Below, in pieces: positions 61,329 to 64,000 of a stretch of DNA of 64,000 nucleotides. The DNA comes from a bacterium (lineage in GTDB: Bacteria > UBA8248): positions 672,001 to 736,000 of the forward strand of contig CBDBBI010000010.1 of assembly GCA_965202625.1 (NCBI GenBank), given 5' to 3'. Position 1 is the first letter of the stretch. Every line of letters begins with the position of its first letter. The translations under genes and the position numbers were made by a program. The notes under the pieces are model-generated. The model saw only the letters and a program-made list of their open reading frames with translations, had not been told where the DNA came from and ran no database searches.

Positions 61329-61462
61329 GTTTCCTCACGATGTATTCCATCCATTTATTCTGCGAGACTCTGTAACACCCCAATCTCGTCATTCCGTGAT
61401 GCCTCTACACGGAAGCCAGGGAGCATCCTCTCGTCCTTCCGCAACGCCAAAGCGCGGAGAGA

Positions 61463-62335
61463 TCAGGACGCGCCCAGCGCCTTCAGAATGGTGCGCCGGA
61501 CGAGGACGGGCGTCACCTGCCTCCTGTAGTCGCCGCTCGCGCGAATGTCGCTCAAGGGCTCCAGATCGTCCAGCGCGCCGGCGAGCGCGGCGTCGATATT
61601 CTCCCCGTTGAGTTCCTTTCCCCTGAGTCCTTCCTCCGCCGTCCGCAGACGCCTGAAAACCGCCTCCACTCCGCCCAGGCCGATTCGCACCTCCCTCGCC
61701 GTCCTGCCATCCTCCTCGGCAAGCACCGCGGCGGAGATAGACGCACAGGGCTTGTCTTCCTTCGATCTCGTGGTGAAGCGCGTGCAGGCCGTCCGGAATC
61801 CAGCGGGCAGCGGATCCACCTCGATCGCGCACAACAACTCATCCTCCGCCAGGGCACACTCGTAATACCCCGTCCAGAATTGCGACGCAGGAATCGTCCG
61901 CTCCGTCCCGTCCGCCTTGCGCGCCCGCATTCGGGCGTCGAGGACGAGAAACGCGGCGGGCGGGTCAGAAGCCGGTTCGGCGAAACAGAGGTTTCCGCCC
62001 ACCGTGCCCTGGTTTCGAATGCGAACCGTCGCCACGTTGTGAAAGATTTCGGCGAGGAGAGGGAAACGCTCCCGCACAAGGGAGGAGGTCTCGAGCCTGC
62101 GATGCACCACGCGCGCGCCGATTCGGATTCCGCCGTTCGCCGTCTCCTCGATAAAATCCAAATCTTCCGCCCCCGCGATATCTATCAACACCTCGGGCGC
62201 ATACACCCGCGATTTCATGAGAATCGAGAGCGCCACGCCGCCGGCGAACACTTTCGCGTCGTCGCCATGCTCCTTCATCGCGGCGAGCGTCTCCTCCACG
62301 CTGTTCGCTGACAGATGCCGAAATGCCATTTTCAT
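61463..62335 (-). CDS. Xanthine dehydrogenase-family FAD-binding subunit
   Basis: AGGVAL, RIRNQGTVGGN, PASD, PLSDIRASGDYR. Confidence 0.93.
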   Translation of the reverse strand: MKMAFRHLSANSVEETLAAMKEHGDDAKVFAGGVALSILMKSRVYAPEVLIDIAGAEDLDFIEETANGGIRIGARVVHRRLETSSLVRERFPLLAEIFHNVATVRIRNQGTVGGNLCFAEPASDPPAAFLVLDARMRARKADGTERTIPASQFWTGYYECALAEDELLCAIEVDPLPAGFRTACTRFTTRSKEDKPCASISAAVLAEEDGRTAREVRIGLGGVEAVFRRLRTAEEGLRGKELNGENIDAALAGALDDLEPLSDIRASGDYRRQVTPVLVRRTILKALGAS

Positions 62336-62347
62336 CCCCCCTCTTCT

Positions 62348-64000
62348 CTAAGCGCCATTTTTCTCTCGCATGGCGGCCAGTATCTTCTCAGGCGTTATCG
62401 GCAACGAGGAGATCCGAACGCCAACGGCGTCATACACCGCGTTCGATATCGCCGCGGAGGTGCCCAGCTGCGCCATCTCGCCCAGCCCTTTCGCGCCATA
62501 CGGCCCCGAGGGATTTTCCGTCTCGACGAGCACGACTTCAAGGGCGGGCAAATCTTGGGTCGTAGGCAGTTTGTAGTCAAGCCAGTTCGGGTTCACGGGC
62601 TGGCCATCCTCGACCTGAAAATCCTCCGTCATGGCGTAGCCCACGCCCATGAGCGCGCCGCCCTCGATCTGCCCCTGCGCGCCCGCCGGATTCACGATGG
62701 TGCCCACGTCGTTCGCGCTGATGACGCGCAGCACATCCAGAGCGCCAGTTTCGACGTCCACCTCCACCTCCGCCACCTTCGCGCCGTAGGCGTAGGCCGC
62801 GGACCAGTTTCCATAGCCCGTCACCGGATCGGGCGTCTCGCTCGGCGAATCATACGAAGACGCCGTATAGACGGCTTCGCTGCCCTCCTTGTCGTATATC
62901 TTCATGTAGGCATCGGCGTGGGTCACCTGGTGCTCGGGAGAGCTCGCGACGAAAATTTTGCCCTCGCGCGCGTCGAGGTCTTTCGGGTCGCACTCAAGCA
63001 GTTCCGCGGCACCTCTCAGGAGCATGTTTTTCGCCTCCAGCGCCGCCAGGCGCGTGGCCTGGCCGTCGATGGTCGTCGTCCGGCTTCCCCGCACCCCCCA
63101 TCCGTAGGGGTTCACCGCGGTGTCCCCGTTGATGATTCGCACGTCCTCCACCCGCACGCCCAGCGTTTCGGCGCAAATCTGCGCGAGCGTGGTATCCGAG
63201 CCGTTGCCCATCTCAATGGTGCCGGAGAGGAGCTGCACGGTGCCGTCCTTGTTCATCTTGATGAACGCGCCGGCCGTCTCCGGCCCCATCGCGCGCGCAC
63301 CGGTGAAGTGCACCGCCGCGCTCAGCCCATAACCGCGCTTATTCGTCTTCGCGTCGCGGCTCTCGTATTTTTCTCGCCAAGGCACGCGCTTGACCGCCTC
63401 GCGCACGCACTCGGAAACCCCGCAACTCGTAATTTTGGCGCCGATGATGGTCGTGTCGCCCTTTCTCACAAAATTCTTCACGCGAAACTCCGCCGGGTCC
63501 ATCCCTATCTCCTCGGCGTGTTTCTCCATGGCGACTTCCGATCCGAAGGAATAGCCGCCGTTGCCCACGCCGCGCATCGCCCCACCCGGCGGCACGTTTG
63601 TATAGACGACGTCGGCGTGGTGGCGATAGGCCTTGTAGTTGTAGAGACTTCCCCCCATGTGCGCGGTGATGGCGCCCACCACCGGGCCGTAGTCAGAGTA
63701 GCCGCCGTTTTCCACCACCATTCTGACGTCGCGCGCGAGGAGCATACCCTCTTTGTCCGTCGCGATTCGGAAGGTATGAAACTGTTTCGTCCGGTGGGTG
63801 CCGAGGAGAAACTCCTCCTCCCGCGTATAATAGAACTTCACGGGAACGCCCAGTTTCTTCGCCGCGATGATGGAAAGAAAGTCGATGTTGAATTTGCTCG
63901 TCGCCTTTCCCCCAAACCCCCCGCCCACGTAGTTCGTTACCACGCGAACGTTAGCTTCGGGAATCTTGAGGAGTTTGGAGAAATACTGGCTCGAAAGGCT
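62348..64000 (-). CDS. Xanthine dehydrogenase-family molybdopterin-binding subunit (5' end outside window)
   Basis: VGGGFGGK, AMRGVG, MDPAEFR, GSRTT, GQIEGG, DYKLPT, GAKGLGE. Confidence 0.94.
   Translation of the reverse strand, partial: SLSSQYFSKLLKIPEANVRVVTNYVGGGFGGKATSKFNIDFLSIIAAKKLGVPVKFYYTREEEFLLGTHRTKQFHTFRIATDKEGMLLARDVRMVVENGGYSDYGPVVGAITAHMGGSLYNYKAYRHHADVVYTNVPPGGAMRGVGNGGYSFGSEVAMEKHAEEIGMDPAEFRVKNFVRKGDTTIIGAKITSCGVSECVREAVKRVPWREKYESRDAKTNKRGYGLSAAVHFTGARAMGPETAGAFIKMNKDGTVQLLSGTIEMGNGSDTTLAQICAETLGVRVEDVRIINGDTAVNPYGWGVRGSRTTTIDGQATRLAALEAKNMLLRGAAELLECDPKDLDAREGKIFVASSPEHQVTHADAYMKIYDKEGSEAVYTASSYDSPSETPDPVTGYGNWSAAYAYGAKVAEVEVDVETGALDVLRVISANDVGTIVNPAGAQGQIEGGALMGVGYAMTEDFQVEDGQPVNPNWLDYKLPTTQDLPALEVVLVETENPSGPYGAKGLGEMAQLGTSAAISNAVYDAVGVRISSLPITPEKILAAMREKNGA

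Noticed and set aside
1-64000. CRISPR arrays, transposases, phage genes, rRNA
   Set aside because: None recognised by eye; short or degenerate repeats could have been missed without computation

Overview
A gene-dense bacterial chromosome segment from a diderm (it has a porin and a lipoprotein). The ccsA-hemACDB order, glnE and Mo-hydroxylase genes suggest a deltaproteobacteria/Nitrospinota-like lineage, but that is inference only. It carries housekeeping genes (glnE, pckA, ygfZ, mtaB, glnA, hemACDB, pyrD/pyrK, tRNA-Gly) mixed with many catabolic and transport genes. I see no CRISPR array, prophage or intact IS. The most notable signals were missed by the ORF track: (1) an in-frame UGA giving a U-P-W-C DsbA/FrnE selenoprotein with a SECIS-like hairpin; (2) an oxalate-oxidoreductase-like (YPIRP) 2-oxoacid:ferredoxin oxidoreductase lacking the Asp116 equivalent, next to a FadR regulator; (3) a 50-aa basic small ORF; (4) a probable ATC start codon; (5) decayed genes (MFS transporter, restriction-modification pair, SDR, frameshifted FGE-domain gene); (6) a porin with a low-GC loop insert and a terminator-like 5' UTR; (7) enzymes with substituted catalytic residues; (8) a strong GC gradient across the window. 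All family assignments are from motif recognition by eye; no searches were run.
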